From Daphnia carinata (lineage: Eukaryota), in NCBI RefSeq assembly GCF_022539665.2, contig NC_081331.1:1674001-1738000 (forward strand): DNA of 64,000 nt, read 5' to 3'. A program made the position numbers and the translations under genes. The stretch's first letter is position 1; the number at the start of each line of letters is the position of its first letter. Below are positions 1-13,500 of the stretch, in pieces. The notes under the pieces are model-generated. The model was not told the DNA's origin and did not search any database. It saw only the letters and a program-made list of their open reading frames with translations.

Positions 1-464
1 TCTTTTCTGGTTTTTTTTTTTTTTTTTTCTCGCTACGTTTTTTTTATATATATACATATACCATTCCGGAAATCAACCAAAAACACTTTTCCTTCCTTCA
101 GAGAGTACTTGTATGATGCTTATGCCGACCGGGACAACATTCCATTGGCCTTAAACAAGTAAGACTTGATGGCTGTCTTCTTCTCTTTTGTTTTATTTCT
201 CTTCTTTGTTTTGATTAAATTAACTTTACTGCATGTTGAAGGCTGAATAGTAGAACATTTCTGCACGTACTGTGTAAGTGTGTGTATGTCTGAATATATG
301 TCTTTCTTTCCTTCTTGTTTCTTTTCCCTCCTATCAGATAAAAGTCTCGTCTCTCCTCTTTTTTTTTTTATGTTCCCCCTTCTCAATCTAATTCCAAACA
401 CTCTATTTAATAATACGGATTCAGTTTAAATTTTTATTTCAAAAAATTCCATTTCATTTAACAG

Positions 465-974
465 TCGCGATCGTAGGGGAATGCCGTCGTCGGGTAACAA
501 CCGGTCGGGCCACGCTTACGGCCACGTCTACGGAGGAGCGTACGAAGATGATTACAGCATCTCGCAGCATCAGGCACGAACGGGTAGTAGCAATCGAAGT
601 GGCTTGATTGCTACTTCAGTTTCGACGAGCGGAGGAGTGGCGGCCGGTGCTTCGACGGCCGTTGTGGCTCCGTCGGAGCGGAATGGAAAAGCACCGGGAC
701 GATTCCAAGATCCAGCTCCAAGAGCTTGGGGTGATGGAAGTGGCCCACGTTATGTAGCTTCTCCGACGCATGCAGCTGCAGCTGCTGCAACATCACCGTC
801 CGCAGGAACTCCGAGTGTAGGCGGTACACCGTCCGCTCCATCCGCCGACTACGAGAGACCTCCACCATATTACTATCCAGGACCTGCGTAAGTATTGTCA
901 AGAACTGCTGTTACTCGCCTTCCGAGTTGATGGATTCTGAATGATTCTCGTCTTTTGATTTCAGCGATAAGTGA
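465..974 (+). CDS. 3' end of an unidentified gene (5' part outside the window); low-complexity Ser/Gly/Ala/Pro tail with a PPxY motif
   Basis: Acceptor ttcatttaacag at 463-464, then an open frame 465-887 (RDRRGMPSSGNNRSG...SADYERPPPYYYPGP). Donor gc|GTAAGT at 888, a 77-nt intron, and acceptor ttttgatttcag at 964 give ...GPADK* (TGA 972-974). The unspliced frame stops at TAA 889-891. GC-rich and codon-like compared with the flanks. Confidence 0.65.
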
Positions 975-2287
975 AGCTCTGATGATCTCGTCCTCGATTC
1001 CATCAACGTCCCGAATGACGTCTCCGTTTCTCCACTTCCATTTCGAGTTGTTGTGTTTTTCTTTTTTTTGCTTCGTCGCCGGATTGATGACAAAGGAGAA
1101 ACGGAAGTACTGATTGTTTTCTTCTTGGTTTTTTTTTTATTATTTTGGCGTTCGTTGTGGCGCTGCATCCAGTGCGCGCGCACCGGGTGTCTAAGTATGT
1201 GTGTATACAATCCTCGGAGGAACGATCGCGTGTGTGAGTGAGTGTAAGAAAGAACGTGTTGTACATTATTCATGAGTTTTAGAGTTTCATCTCTCATCTC
1301 ATCTCTTCGACAAAAAAAAAGTCGCAACTTACACATGGATGCACTCCTCACCCTCAAAACTTCCTCCCCCCATCCCTCGTTTTATGTGATTTTGCTTGGC
1401 AATTTGTCTCTTTAAACGTGTGATGACATGTGCATTTGCTCCTACTTTATATATAACAGGATATAAAGGCGTGTTTGAGCATTCGAAACACGTATTTCTC
1501 TCCCTTCTCCCTTTTTTCTGGTTAAACTTTTTTTTTTTCGGTTTTCAGCCATTGTTTCCACTTCTTTCTTCATCGTGAGACCAAAGCCAAGACTTTCCTC
1601 TAGTTCTTTCGCTCTCTCGTGGTTCGGTACTTTGATGGACACTGAGGAGTCTTCGTTGTTGTTGTTGTTGATGAAATCTCCACCTCCTTTATATATATAT
1701 GATTCAATCAATACTTTTTCTCCTTTCAAACAAAACAAAGAAAGAAAAGAACAGGAGTTAAATCATCTTTTTTATGCTCGAAGTAAGCGAATCGCATGTT
1801 TTATTTTATTTTTTTCTCCCCTCACAAAATAAATTTTGAAAAAGCCATTCATTATTGAGGGGAAAGAAGACTAAATTTTTGATCGTTTGTTACATACATG
1901 TCCTGTTCCATTTTCTTCGTCTATGCCGTCATTCACTTACATTTTGTATTATGTATAACAACAAACAACTGCTGGCACTCTTTGGAGAATTTTCCATCTC
2001 TTGTCACAGATGGATGGAGATTGCGAATTCTCGGGATTAATTTTTTAAAAAGTAGCGTACTGTTTCACCCATGATTTTTTCTTTTCTCTTTTTATTTTGA
2101 ATCCTTTGTAATGTAACATGACCCACGCCGGAATCTCGTTCGTTTGGGAAGAGAACAATTTCGCTCTTTGATGTCTTTATACCCCGCTGCTCACCTTGAA
2201 TGGTGTCGTCTACTTAGTTGAAAAACAAAGAAATACATCCATTTCAAAGTCTTTTTTCATACCTCGACAGCGTGTATTTAATTTTTT

Positions 2288-3061
2288 TTAAAAGGCTGCT
2301 AAAGTGGTCAGTTGGTCAGGCCGACTTAATGACGAATCATAGCCCAGACTTTGGAAGTCTTTGAATGTCGTGTGGAATTCGACAGTGACGTAACCTAACG
2401 TTTCCATTCGGAGAACTAGAAATACAAAAAGAAAGCATCTATAAATAACTTGAATAAAAAATAAACATCTCGGGAAGAGCTGACCATCACGGCCTTCATT
2501 GAGAGCTATGGTTTTGGGATCAATCAATTCTGGTCGACGTCCGGTAAACCAGCTGGTCCATTTGTGCAGAAGAGACTGTGACTGTGGGCGATAGATAGGC
2601 AACGTTCTCGTGAAATGTCCAGCACAGATGGGTAAAATCGTTGAACCGTAGCCGTATGCGACGTCGGCGTTGCCCAGCTCGTCCGGACCATAAACACTGA
2701 GTACCAGTCTAGGCCATCCGTAGGGATTCGTGCTCTTCCACGATGATTGTAAAGGAAAATTCCACACCAATTCTCGGCTTCCGGATGGCTTCTGAGTGGC
2801 TAGCTGACTTAACCCCTCCTCAATACCCTACACGTCGTAAGTTGGAGTCATTCCGTTATAAATTCCAAAAGTTGCTATAGGGTATATACTTACATGGCAG
2901 AAGATCCAGTCGGCTCCGTGATGATAACAAGTTTTGACGTACAGTTGGGGATTGAGCGGGAATTCGCCATGTCGGATTTGACCCTGGACGGTATAGAAAA
3001 AGCTGGTGGCTATCAGTGGAGTAGATGCGACAGGTCCATTTGAAGTCGCAGTTGACGTCAT
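2288..3061 (-). CDS. B9D1: B9 domain-containing protein 1 (MKS transition-zone component), 3 exons
   Basis: Exons 3061-2894, 2827-2485 and 2415-2288, all GT-AG and in phase. Motifs EEGLSQ, VWNFPLQSSWKSTNPYGWPRLVLSVYGPD, YGYG, WFTGRRPELIDPKTIALNEGRDVLRMETLGYVTV match the B9D1 signature. Confidence 0.93.
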
Positions 3062-3145
3062 TTTTTACACCGAAGTATGCTTGAAATAGAAGAATATACG
3101 CCACAGTATGATGGTTTGCTTTTTGTTTTGACTTGGCATAAGTCA

Positions 3146-3159
3146 GTTACCATGGTTAC
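3146..3159 (-). promoter_or_regulatory. RFX-binding X-box upstream of B9D1
   Basis: Minus strand reads GTAACCATGGTAAC, matching the X-box consensus GTHNYY-AT-RRNAAC. It lies ~85 bp upstream of the ATG of a ciliary transition-zone gene. Confidence 0.8.
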
Positions 3160-3748
3160 ATACGGAAAGCGCGCCACCCATATGGCTCATGAAGTAAATC
3201 CATGGGGGTTATTATTCAAAATAAAATTTCGGAAATTTTGTAGGTTTGCATGAAATGATTTTACGATTGAAGAAACGCGAAAATGAAAGCAGTGCATACA
3301 TATGTCGGCGCTAGTCAAAGAAGATTACCAAATCCGTTATCAGTAACCTCGGGAAAAAAACAATGCAAAACATTGTTCTTTTCATATGGTTTCTAGAGTC
3401 AAAATATCATTCTTCACTGATAAAATATGGCTTCAATCAATGAAGAGCCTTTGAATAAACTTAACAATGTAGGCCTATAACCGTTTTTTTTTCGATAATG
3501 AAGAAGCTTAGTTACCTGCTTGTTCAACTGAACAAAGTGCAAAGAAATGCACAGGCTACCCAAAAATAACTTTAAATATTTTTAATGTGTTAAATTTTAT
3601 TTCAATTTCATACCTTTATTCAGTTTCTTGCAACACATACGAACAAGCACAAGGCGTAATGTAGGCCAGAATGGTATTCGGATTAATAGAAGTAAAAGTA
3701 AAACCATTCTAGCCTTGCCAGAAGGAAACAACTTGCATCCAAAACTTT

Positions 3749-5164
3749 TCACTCGTACTCGGCGATCAAAACCATCATGTAGACACCAGCAAGCAAGGCA
3801 GCGATTTCCATTATAGTCTGAGAGAACTTGCTGTTTTCTAAAAGTTCAGGAATGACTGAAACGGTTGCGATGTAAATGAATCCACCGGCTGTGAACGGAA
3901 GGATCCAGGCGGTTGCGGCAGCTCCAATTCCCTCTGCAAACAGCGAAACAGCACATCCCGTAAGCGCTCCCACCGCTGTGATGAGCTGCAAAAAGATGGC
4001 CTGTTGAATAAGAGAAAGAGAGCCATTAGCTTCATGTAACAAAATGCAATTTTGTATAAGAATTACCTTTTTACGATCACAGCCTGACTGAATCAGGATG
4101 GCGAAATCCCCGATTTCGTGAGGGACTTCGTGCAACAAAACAGTGACCGTTGTAACGATTCCTGTCGTACGTCCAGCCAAAAATGAAGCTCCAATAGCTA
4201 AGCCATCGGTGAAATTATGAGTAAAATCGGCAGCCAAATTCAGATATCCAGCTACCTTGATATCTCCTTAAAACAGAAAATTGGAGATGAAATTCACACA
4301 ACATAAAAACAGGTGAAAACTTTTACCAGAAGGTTTCGCAGATTCCTTAGCAGCCTTCTCCTTTTTCTCTTTGGTTTTTCCTTCTTTTGGGCTTGTCTCA
4401 GCTTTAGGCTTTGTATCTTTCTTAGGTTCACTATGACTGTGACTGTGACTATGACCATGACCACCTTTAACGATTCTAACAAATTTCTCAACAGCTAGGA
4501 AAGCAATGATACCACTCAAGACCCAGAGGCCAACAGTCATATCATGTCCATGAGAATGACCATCTCCATGAGAATGCCCATGTGAGTGGGAATGATGTTC
4601 AGCATCCCCAGAATGAGCCATCAAAGCGTGTGGAATTAAATGTAAGAATGCATCACCGAGAAGTCCACCAGAGGCAAAGCTAAGCAAAACTTTGAGCAGA
4701 GGTTGGCGTTCAGGGCTGCTGTCAATAGGGATTAAAAAAAGCACAATAAATGGTGCTATGCTGATGAGAAGAGTTGAACCAATAGCTTCTGTCCACAAGA
4801 CCATTGTTGTTCTTTTTGGAACTTCAGCACGCTGTGTCTCTTCATGAGTGTGTTCATGATCATGACTGTGTCCATGATGATCATGTGAATGTCCATGGTG
4901 ATGAAGATTTTCCTTTTCGTCTAGTTTTTTCGCTGGTGGAGGAGGCGGTTTTGGAATATTGGCTTCTTTAGAATATTTGAATGATGGCCGCTCTTCGATA
5001 TGATCGTGCGAATGTCCGTGATGACCATGTGCGTGTCCATGATGATCGTGTGAATGTCCATGGTCATTGTGAGAGTGAGTATGGCAAAACTGTGGAAGGG
5101 ATAAAAAGATTCCTACTAACAGAACAGCACTGAATAATCGAATGACAAACCGGCGGGTAAGCAT
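3749..5164 (-). CDS. SLC39A7: Zinc transporter ZIP7 (LIV-1 subfamily; Catsup/KE4 orthologue), 3 exons
   Basis: Exons 5164-4327, 4266-4067 and 4000-3749. Signal peptide, (HX)n His-rich N-terminus, [59 protein letters not shown] (HEXPHEXGD) and [21 protein letters not shown]. Confidence 0.95.
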
Positions 5165-7333
5165 TTTGAGTTTTGACAGCTCGAATGCAACGCACACCCG
5201 AGTCTGACGTGTAAAAACAGCTGTGAACTGAATCTCAACTTTCAGTGATGCCAAACTTTTCAACAAAAATTTAAAGAATTATCGTTGAAGACGAATTATA
5301 AAAAAACTGGCTGTTTTACGAAAATTTAATATTATTTAGTATTCAAAATTTTATTTTAAGCAATCACAGGATAAATTTTAATTTAAAGCTCTAAAAAATA
5401 ATTTCACCAGCGTTGCTGATCTGAACAAAAACCCGCTTTTATTTTTTGGAAATTTTTCAATGATTTACTTGAATAAAAACTTGTTTCCGACTGATTTTCA
5501 TGCCTCAATTATCTTTAATAATACAAAATTACCAATCATGACATAATATTAGAGAAAATATATACATAAATCATGAATTTTTCAGTTGTGCACTCCAGCA
5601 GACGATAGGCGGAATCACTGTTTCATGAACACCGCGAAATTTTCGCCGTTGTGTTTAGAAAAGTAGTGTAGGCTTGGAAAACATCAAGCATTGTAGTGAG
5701 TTTCATAATTTTATCCAGTTGGTTTTTACCCACCGTAAATAAAAAAATAAAAAAGAATTAGTTTTAAAAAAAACGGATTTCAGTTTAAAATCATCCAAGT
5801 TCGATGAATTTTTAATAAGTTATCATTTTGTGTCAAACTACGAGCTCGAGTTGTGCGGTCGTGATTGATTATTACCCTACATACCCAAAATAAAACTAGC
5901 GTATTTCTTCCTGGGTCTAGTGACGAAAAACCTAGTAACTTTCTATTCTGTAACCAAAGTGTAACAGGAGAAAAACCTTTAGGTTTGTTCGTATGCCATC
6001 GTACAGTGAACCCAATGTACCAAGGACGAAAACGTTTTTCGACTCCATGGCGACTATCAATCATAAAAATGCGTTGTGAAAGTTCGTCGTATAAATTTAT
6101 ATGCGGAATCATCAACGATTTGTTGATTAATTCTCAAAATATTCATTTTTACAAAGTGTATTAACAGTAAAATCATTTTGGACTAATATGGATTGTCAAG
6201 TCTTCTAATCTCTATGAAAATAGGCATTATTTACACTTAGAGGATGCACATCGTGTTAACTAGGCATCGTTTTTCGTTCCTAATAAGGACAAAAGGAAAA
6301 AGAAAACGAAAATGTATGGGTAGAACAGAAGCTATAACATTAAAGCACTGGTGCTTCCCGACAGACTAATCCAAATTGTTCCTCGGTTGCGGGGTTGTGA
6401 AGAGAAAGTAGAACACCATGAGAACCGGCATGAAATCGTGAATTGAGCGGAACACATCGTCTGTGAGGGGAAAAAAGAAAGGCTATGAAATTCGATGTCC
6501 TATTTCTTCTTCCTCTGTGCTCTTCAACATTCACACTGCAACGTGCCAGCGAGGAATTAACAGGTCTTTCGTTCGACGTCCACCAGTTTCTATTCACTGT
6601 AATTCTCTGCAAAATCCGTAAGCCAATTTTTTTAATGAATTGTTTATTCACAGCCAACTAGACTACCATAGACTATTTTTTTTTAAATAGCTCTGGCATT
6701 TTCCTAAAACTAAAATTTTTCGTAAATCAAATTAAATGAACGCACAACAAGAAGAAAATATTTGAGCAAAACTCCGATTTCTAGGATTCTAGTACGCGCC
6801 CTAAATTCGTACAAAACCGATTTATACTGAACTAGTAGAAAGAGAAAAAAATACTTTTACGATCAAATCGTAGAATTATCTGTTTCATATCCAAATTTAA
6901 AAATAGAACATACTATTCCAAATCTGATCAAGATTATTTATATGCGAACTTTTATTGTATTGAACTTGAAGGCTCTCACTCCCTCTATGTCGTCTGAAGT
7001 TATGAGCACTTGTTGGCGTTGTTATTATCTGTGTCGATAAATAGTCATTAAACACTATACTTGCGATAGGAATTTGCACCCTGGCTCGTAGAGTTGATGA
7101 GAAGTGTTTCTTTGGAAGAGAAAGCCAGCGTTGTAGGCGAAACTGTAAATGACCAGAGAGCACTAGAAATATTGGGCTTTCGACCGTTTCCTATGTGTGT
7201 CAATGAACTCAAATTTTTTTTGTTTTATTAGGGTAATACGAAGTACGTAGAAAGTGGCTTAGCTACCTGACTGAATTCTGTGTTTTATAACGAACAAAAT
7301 AATCATAATTTCAAATTATTTTAGGGTTTGGCA

Positions 7334-9273
7334 ATGAAGGCTATACGAGTGCATACATTTGGAGGACCAGAGGTCTTGAAAGTTGAAACTGATGTTCCAA
7401 TTCCTGTTCATACTGAGAGCCAGGTTGAATATACACTGAGCAAATCTGTAATATACATACAATTTTAAATAATGCTAAAATATGTATTTAGGTACTCATT
7501 CGGGTTGGCTCAGCTGGTGTAAATCCAGTTGACACCTACATTAGGATGGGATTATTTGCTCAGTTGCCAACCTTGCCTTACATTCCAGGCCGTGATGGTG
7601 CCGGGACTATAGAAAAAATTGGTTCTGAAGTTGACAACCTCAAGGTTGGTAACCATGATGATTGTTCCGTCAGACAGTGCCTTGCCAAGGGAATAGAATT
7701 TTGCAAAAACCAGAGGCTACAGAAGAAAATTAAGCCAACCACTGCTTAATTTGTGGTTATCTCTGACTGTTCTTATGCATTATTTTTTAAATAACATTTT
7801 TTTTCTAATTTTTGTTTTATTCCCTATTTTACATTTTTTTTATTCTCTTGGTTTTTGGTTGAATAGGTAGGAGATCGCATTTTCTTTTCCGGAGCCAGCG
7901 GCTCTTACGCTGAATACGTTGCTTGTGAATCGCATTCAGTGTTCCGACTGGCTGATCGCCTCTCCTTCGCCCAAGGGGCCGCTCTAGGTGTCCCTTACTT
8001 CACCGCGTATCGCGCTATATTTATCAAGTATAAAAGCCTGTCTACTTTCACTTTTTCTTTCATATTTTCATGGAAAATAGTGGTTAAATTCTTCTTTTTT
8101 TCTACTCCTTGTTTTGTTTTCCGTTGCAGAGGAAAGGCCAAGGCCGGTGATCGAGTGCTAGTACATGGAGCTAGCGGAGCTGTTGGTTTGGCCGCCTGTC
8201 AAATAGCTAAAGCGCACGGTAATGAGCGACAATAAAGTATCTTGTCTTAGCTCGGAAAAGACCACCTACCATTACCCAAGAAAAGCTTTTCTAAACAAAG
8301 TGGCGTCATTTTCACTAATGCATTCTTCGTGGAAAATGACTTGCGTTAACAGTTTTAAAACTTTTACGTTTTGTAACGTTTACTCTTTTTTTGTCCCATA
8401 TTGTCAGGTATGACAGTTGTTGGAACGGCCGGCACACCCCAGGGGATGGAACTGGTAAAAAACAATGGAGCTCATCTGGTGTACAATCACAGGTATGGAC
8501 ACCACTTAACATTTTCCTCCCTTTCTCGACACTCGAATCAACTCATCTCCTGTCGGAACATACCTATTCACTCCCCAATTTCCGGAATGTGCGCCTCTCC
8601 TCTCTGTCGCTCACCCTTCTTCTCTTTTGTGAGCCAGCTTCTAATTCATCATCATCTTTTGTTTATTCACAGAGAAAAGGGGTATTTGGAACAAGCTGCC
8701 GAAGCGGTGGGCGGTGACGGCTTCGACGTTATTATCGAAAATGCATCAGACATCAATCTAGGTTCGGATTTGACCGTCATCGGTCCAGGTGCCCGTGTTG
8801 TGGTACGTTATCTAGGTCGGAAATCTGTTTACACATTTTATCTGACATCTCGTTTTGGTATTTCTTCATTTTTTTTTTTGGGGGGGGGGGGTTGGGTGAT
8901 GGGGGGATATATAGATTGTGGGCAATCGAGGCAACGTCGAAATCAGCCCTCGCTTCCTGATGACAGAAGAGGCTTCTATCGTCGGATGCGCCCTTTTCAG
9001 ATCGACTCCGGTATGGATAAAGCGAATGAATGATGGGGCTTTCAAAAATATGAAAAAAATGTAAAGAAAAAAGAAATTTTTTGTAAATATCTGAATCGTG
9101 TGCAGGAGGAGTGGCGTCAAACGGCCGCAGCTGTAGTGGCCGGCGTGGAAATGGGTTTCCTAACTCCGTTCATCGACAAAGAATACCCGATGGAGTCCGT
9201 TCAAGAGGCTCATGCCAACGTGCTCAGTCACGAAGGAGGATCTCGTGGCAAACTGGTCTTGACAATGACGTAG
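7334..9273 (+). CDS. CRYZ: NADPH:quinone oxidoreductase, zeta-crystallin type (MDR family), 8 coding exons
   Basis: Exons 7334-7423, 7492-7644, 7867-8027, 8130-8218, 8408-8492, 8673-8802, 8915-9010 and 9106-9273. [53 protein letters not shown], Rossmann motif [22 protein letters not shown], and C-terminal GSRGKLVL. Confidence 0.9.
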
Positions 9274-10517
9274 ATGTCCTTTGCGAATGAAGAAGTAGAA
9301 AATTTTGTTTTCCTAAGCATGTTTACGTTTTTTGTTTCCTTTTTTCCTAAAAATTTTTCCGTCTTGAATGAACGCAGCCTTCAGATACATTGCCACTGTT
9401 TCTCGTCTCTTTTTACCTTTTTCTCAAATACTAGGTGTAATGGATCCGTCCCTTTTTTCTTTCAAAATTTTTACTTCTCTCTGTCTCTCTGAAAATGTAT
9501 GATTCAGTCATGTGTGTGTACGTCTGAAGGCTTTGCTAAAGGAATGTTGCAACCAAAGGAATTCACTACCGTGAATCGTGCAAGTCTTTTTTCTGTCTCC
9601 CCCCCCGCCTCATCCCATATAAAGGATAGAAATATATTTCCCTCCCTATATAGAGTTTAACGAATCGATTTATAAAGTAGTCAGATGAAGTTTGTTGACG
9701 TTACTTTCGATCCAAGTCCATTGTCCACAAAAAGAGATTTTTCCTCCGAGTGTCGACTTAGACATTTGAATGAGACTTTAGCGTCTTGCGGTTTCATGCA
9801 CCGATGGAGATGATAATGTCACGTGACATAAAAAGAAAAAAAGAATGCACTCACGAATGTTATACGCAACAAAAAAAAAAGGAAAATTTGCCAGGTGTTC
9901 ACACGGACGTTTTTATACTTATGGCGTGAGCTCGCTGTGAAAACATCGTGAAAAACGGCTTTTTTCTTTCCTTTTCTTCTTCAGTAGAGACGAATACATT
10001 AGTACAATTGTTACGCAATATCGGAGGAAGACTGGAAAAATGGCACGAAGTAGTCATTTATGTGTGGGAAAGGAGAAAAAAAAAATAAAGAGTTTCAAAT
10101 CCAATCGGGGGAGGAGCCCCCCATCCAAGATGTTGGTGGCCCGCGGGTAGGAACTTGGAACATAGAAATACGTGAGCAGCACAGCAGCGGTTTGTGACTC
10201 GACTGAGGGGGGAGGCAGCGCAGTCGACTCGAAGGGACAACGTTAAGCGGATCGCTCGTCGCCCCTTCCAAGTCTTCTACTGGGCCGACTAGAGGGCGGT
10301 TCAGTTGCTCTCCGACTCTCCGCTCCGACAGGTCCAGAGACGAGAAAGAAAAAGATCGGCTTTTGACCAAGCACCGGCTTTCGTTGGGTTCTGTGTTTTG
10401 GTTTTGGTTTTGCATCGTGAGGGGTTCAGTAGTGCGCGAATTATTTTTTCGCGAGGAAGATCATTCCTCTAGTCTGGTTCTCCTCTCTCCGCGCACATCG
10501 ATCGTGTCGGAGTAAGG

Positions 10518-13500
10518 ATGTGTGTCGTTCTGTTGCTGGCCTCGTTACTTCTCCTCGTGACCAGCCCGGCTGTGACCGGTCAGGCTCAGCTGATCGGTAG
10601 CGATGACGGCACCAATCAACAATCTGGTAATCGGTGCATCGACGAGGAACAGAATCCTCAGGTAAAAAAAAAACAAAATCCTACAATTTGTCAACTGTTA
10701 TTCGCACCAATGACTTTGAAGATGTTTGTCAAGAACCATTTTTCGGTGTTGGGCAGGAGGGGGTGGGTCAGTAAAAAGGAGGGTCTTCATTAGTCGAGTG
10801 GCACTTGCACTATCGCACGCCTTGGGTATATACGGATGGTTTCTTTTCAATTTTTAAATGACAAACGTTTTTCTTTTTCTAGTATTTCTCTTATAGGGTT
10901 ATCTTATTTCTTGTTCCCTTCCTTTTCTTTTCTCGCCCTCTTGGTGTGTCGAGGGCAGCTCCGTTTCCCTGAAGAAGTCCGCCAAATGCGAAATTGCCTC
11001 CCACAGCAAGTCCACCCTCTGTGGGAAACACATGGCACCATTTAAAAAAGCTCTCGTTTTTCGGCATTTTTGTCTTCTATCTCCTTCGACATGTTGGGGT
11101 GAAGCAGCCCATGAGAGACGCTATATTTATAAGAAGTCCCCGTCTCTTTCCCCGCATTTGAAAACGAAAAAACTCAAGTTCAAAGGTCGGAAGTTGTATG
11201 TGTGTCCCTCAGTTACTACTCCGAAATGAATTTTTTCCTCCCCCGTCGCTATATACCAGAGCAACACGCAAACACAAACCAACCCTCCACCGCTGCTGCT
11301 GTCGTCTCTTGCACTGAAAAAGCCTATGGTCGTGTGTTAGTGCTATATACAATCTGTGATGAGTTATTTACACAGATGTCTTCAATTGCGCCGGGGGACC
11401 CTATTTTTATGTCTATTCCTCTTCTTCGTCGCTCTTCTTGCGCCCTCGCTGTTTTTGTTGTTGTTATAAAAATCTTGTCGACAGTTCCTTTTTTTCTTTC
11501 CCCGTTCTTGGCTCATCTTCCCAGTCCTCACCGAGGGTGTCGGAACGTCGTTGTCGTTGCCGGTAAATTCTAATCGATTTCCCACATAAATAACCCGAAG
11601 AAAAGCCGTTCTTCCGCCACTATTAAAGACGAAGAAAAAAGAAAAAAAAATGTAAAATAATAAAAAATAGGGACGGGGGAAGGGTAAAGCCATACAATTC
11701 TTATAGCCGTTATTTTATAGTCATTCTTGACATGAACCACGAACATCTTCTGCTTTGTGTGATCAAGGGAAAGAGAGGAGAAAAAAAAAACGAATTCTTC
11801 TAAGGTTCATTTTTTCTCTTTTCCAACATAGAGAAGAACATTTAGGATATCTTGAGAATTGACCTGTGAACTCTTTGGCTGGGTTTTTCGTGTTGATGCA
11901 TCGGCAATCTCTAAATAACACGCGAAGAAATTCAAGTGTCACTTTGAGTTAAGCAGACGAAAGGCGCATGTCTGGTTTTGATGAGATCCAGTTACCCGCA
12001 GACCCTCGCCATCCGAACGGAAGAGGGTAAATTATACTATGTATAGCCAAAAGAGTATTATCCGTTTTCCTTTTCTAGTTTTTTTTTTTCTTCTTAAACT
12101 CCTTTTTTCAGCTGTTCATCTTGGGTGGTTCACTCGCAACACTTTTTTTTTCCCACAGCTATTTCATATTTTCTGTTACATTTCCTCTTTTTCTTTTCTT
12201 AGTTTTTTTTTTTTTTTTTGTAATACTCCGTTTTTTTTCCTCTCTTTCTTTTGCTTCTGGCAAATGATAAACGAAACCTACCAGCATTAACGAGGCTCAA
12301 TTAAAAAAATGCCAAGCAAAAAGCAACAAAAATGCAGTCACTGAAAAATTCGAATCAACTTTTCCCAAATGGATTCGATCGGAATCCGAACCAAACAAAA
12401 AATAAAATTACCGGTCTTACGAGATTTTCTCTCTTTGACTATTTTATGCGTGAGCGATCACGAAAGTGGTTCCCGATAAATCAAAATAAATAAAGAGAGA
12501 AAACAATTCGGGAAAACTAGTTTTTTCAGATATCTATGTATTTCACGCGTATAAGAGCAAACAAATGTAACGAAACGCGCTATGTGTAATGCATTCCAAA
12601 AAGAAAGAGATTGTTCACAAAATTATTTCCCCATCCCCCTTCCACGTTTTTTTTTCTTGATCGTGCGCAAGATTTTCCATGTCACGTTCGCCAGCAACTT
12701 TTCAGTCACGCATTCAGAAACAAACTTGAAGTCTTGAATCCTTATCAAAAACAGTCTGGCATACCGCTAGCGTATACAAATAATCGCCTCAATGAGGCCC
12801 TCATCGCGACTTCACGTTTGATTCGATCCTTTTTATTCTTAGCGAAATGAGTCGCTTATGCAAAACTGAGGTTTTCTTGCTCGCGCATTTTTTTTCCTTC
12901 TTCGTCTGATAAAACGACAATCAAAAATAGCAAATTGGAGGTGTCCGGTGAAATGGGTCTTATTGGCCATACGTCGTTTTTTAGTTTGATGGATTTACGC
13001 AAGACGGACCATTTCATAGTTTTATGGAGAACTCGGCGAACAATAACTAGCGATGTATGCAAATGAAGCGGGCCATCAAACCAGACGGGGCCTCTGACGT
13101 TAAGCTGCGGCGGCATCCCGCGCGCCTGCTTGCTTACCTTTCTGGGAAAGAACAAAATATCTTGGCCAAATTCAAATTTGTTCTTTTTAATCGGACAATG
13201 TTTGGTGGCCATTGACTTCAGTTAGCCACGGGGTGATTGCATGTCCATCCTTGGACATCACTGCAGTTCAGACTTGCAAACGATGATGATGAGTTCCACC
13301 CAACCAGTATCCGATATCCTTTTTCTTTTTTCGTTTTTGATGTTTCTACGTCAATAGGTGAAATTCTTTCAACTCATTTATGTCTTGATTTTTGTAGCGA
13401 TGCATTCCGGACTTCGTGAACGCGGCTTTCAACGGACGAGTGGAAGCCACCAACACTTGCGGCTTGTACGGACCAAGCGAGTTCTGCACGCAGACGGGCG

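Noticed and set aside
5165..5266. N-terminal extension of ZIP7 from the TTG at 5266 in the ORF track
   Set aside because: The ATG at 5164 directly precedes the signal peptide, so a non-ATG start is unnecessary in a eukaryote.
5220..7130. AT-rich divergent spacer between ZIP7 and CRYZ as a degenerate relative of the 29.6-31.9 kb array or a Helitron
   Set aside because: Only ~10-bp matches (e.g. ATCACAGGAT) and a small hairpin near 5630-5657; no convincing arms or termini by eye.
12856..13212. Minus-strand ORF with a strong AAG|GTAAGC donor in laminin intron 1 (second nested gene?)
   Set aside because: The best spliced product is only ~59 aa, Lys-rich from A-runs, and supported by a single junction.
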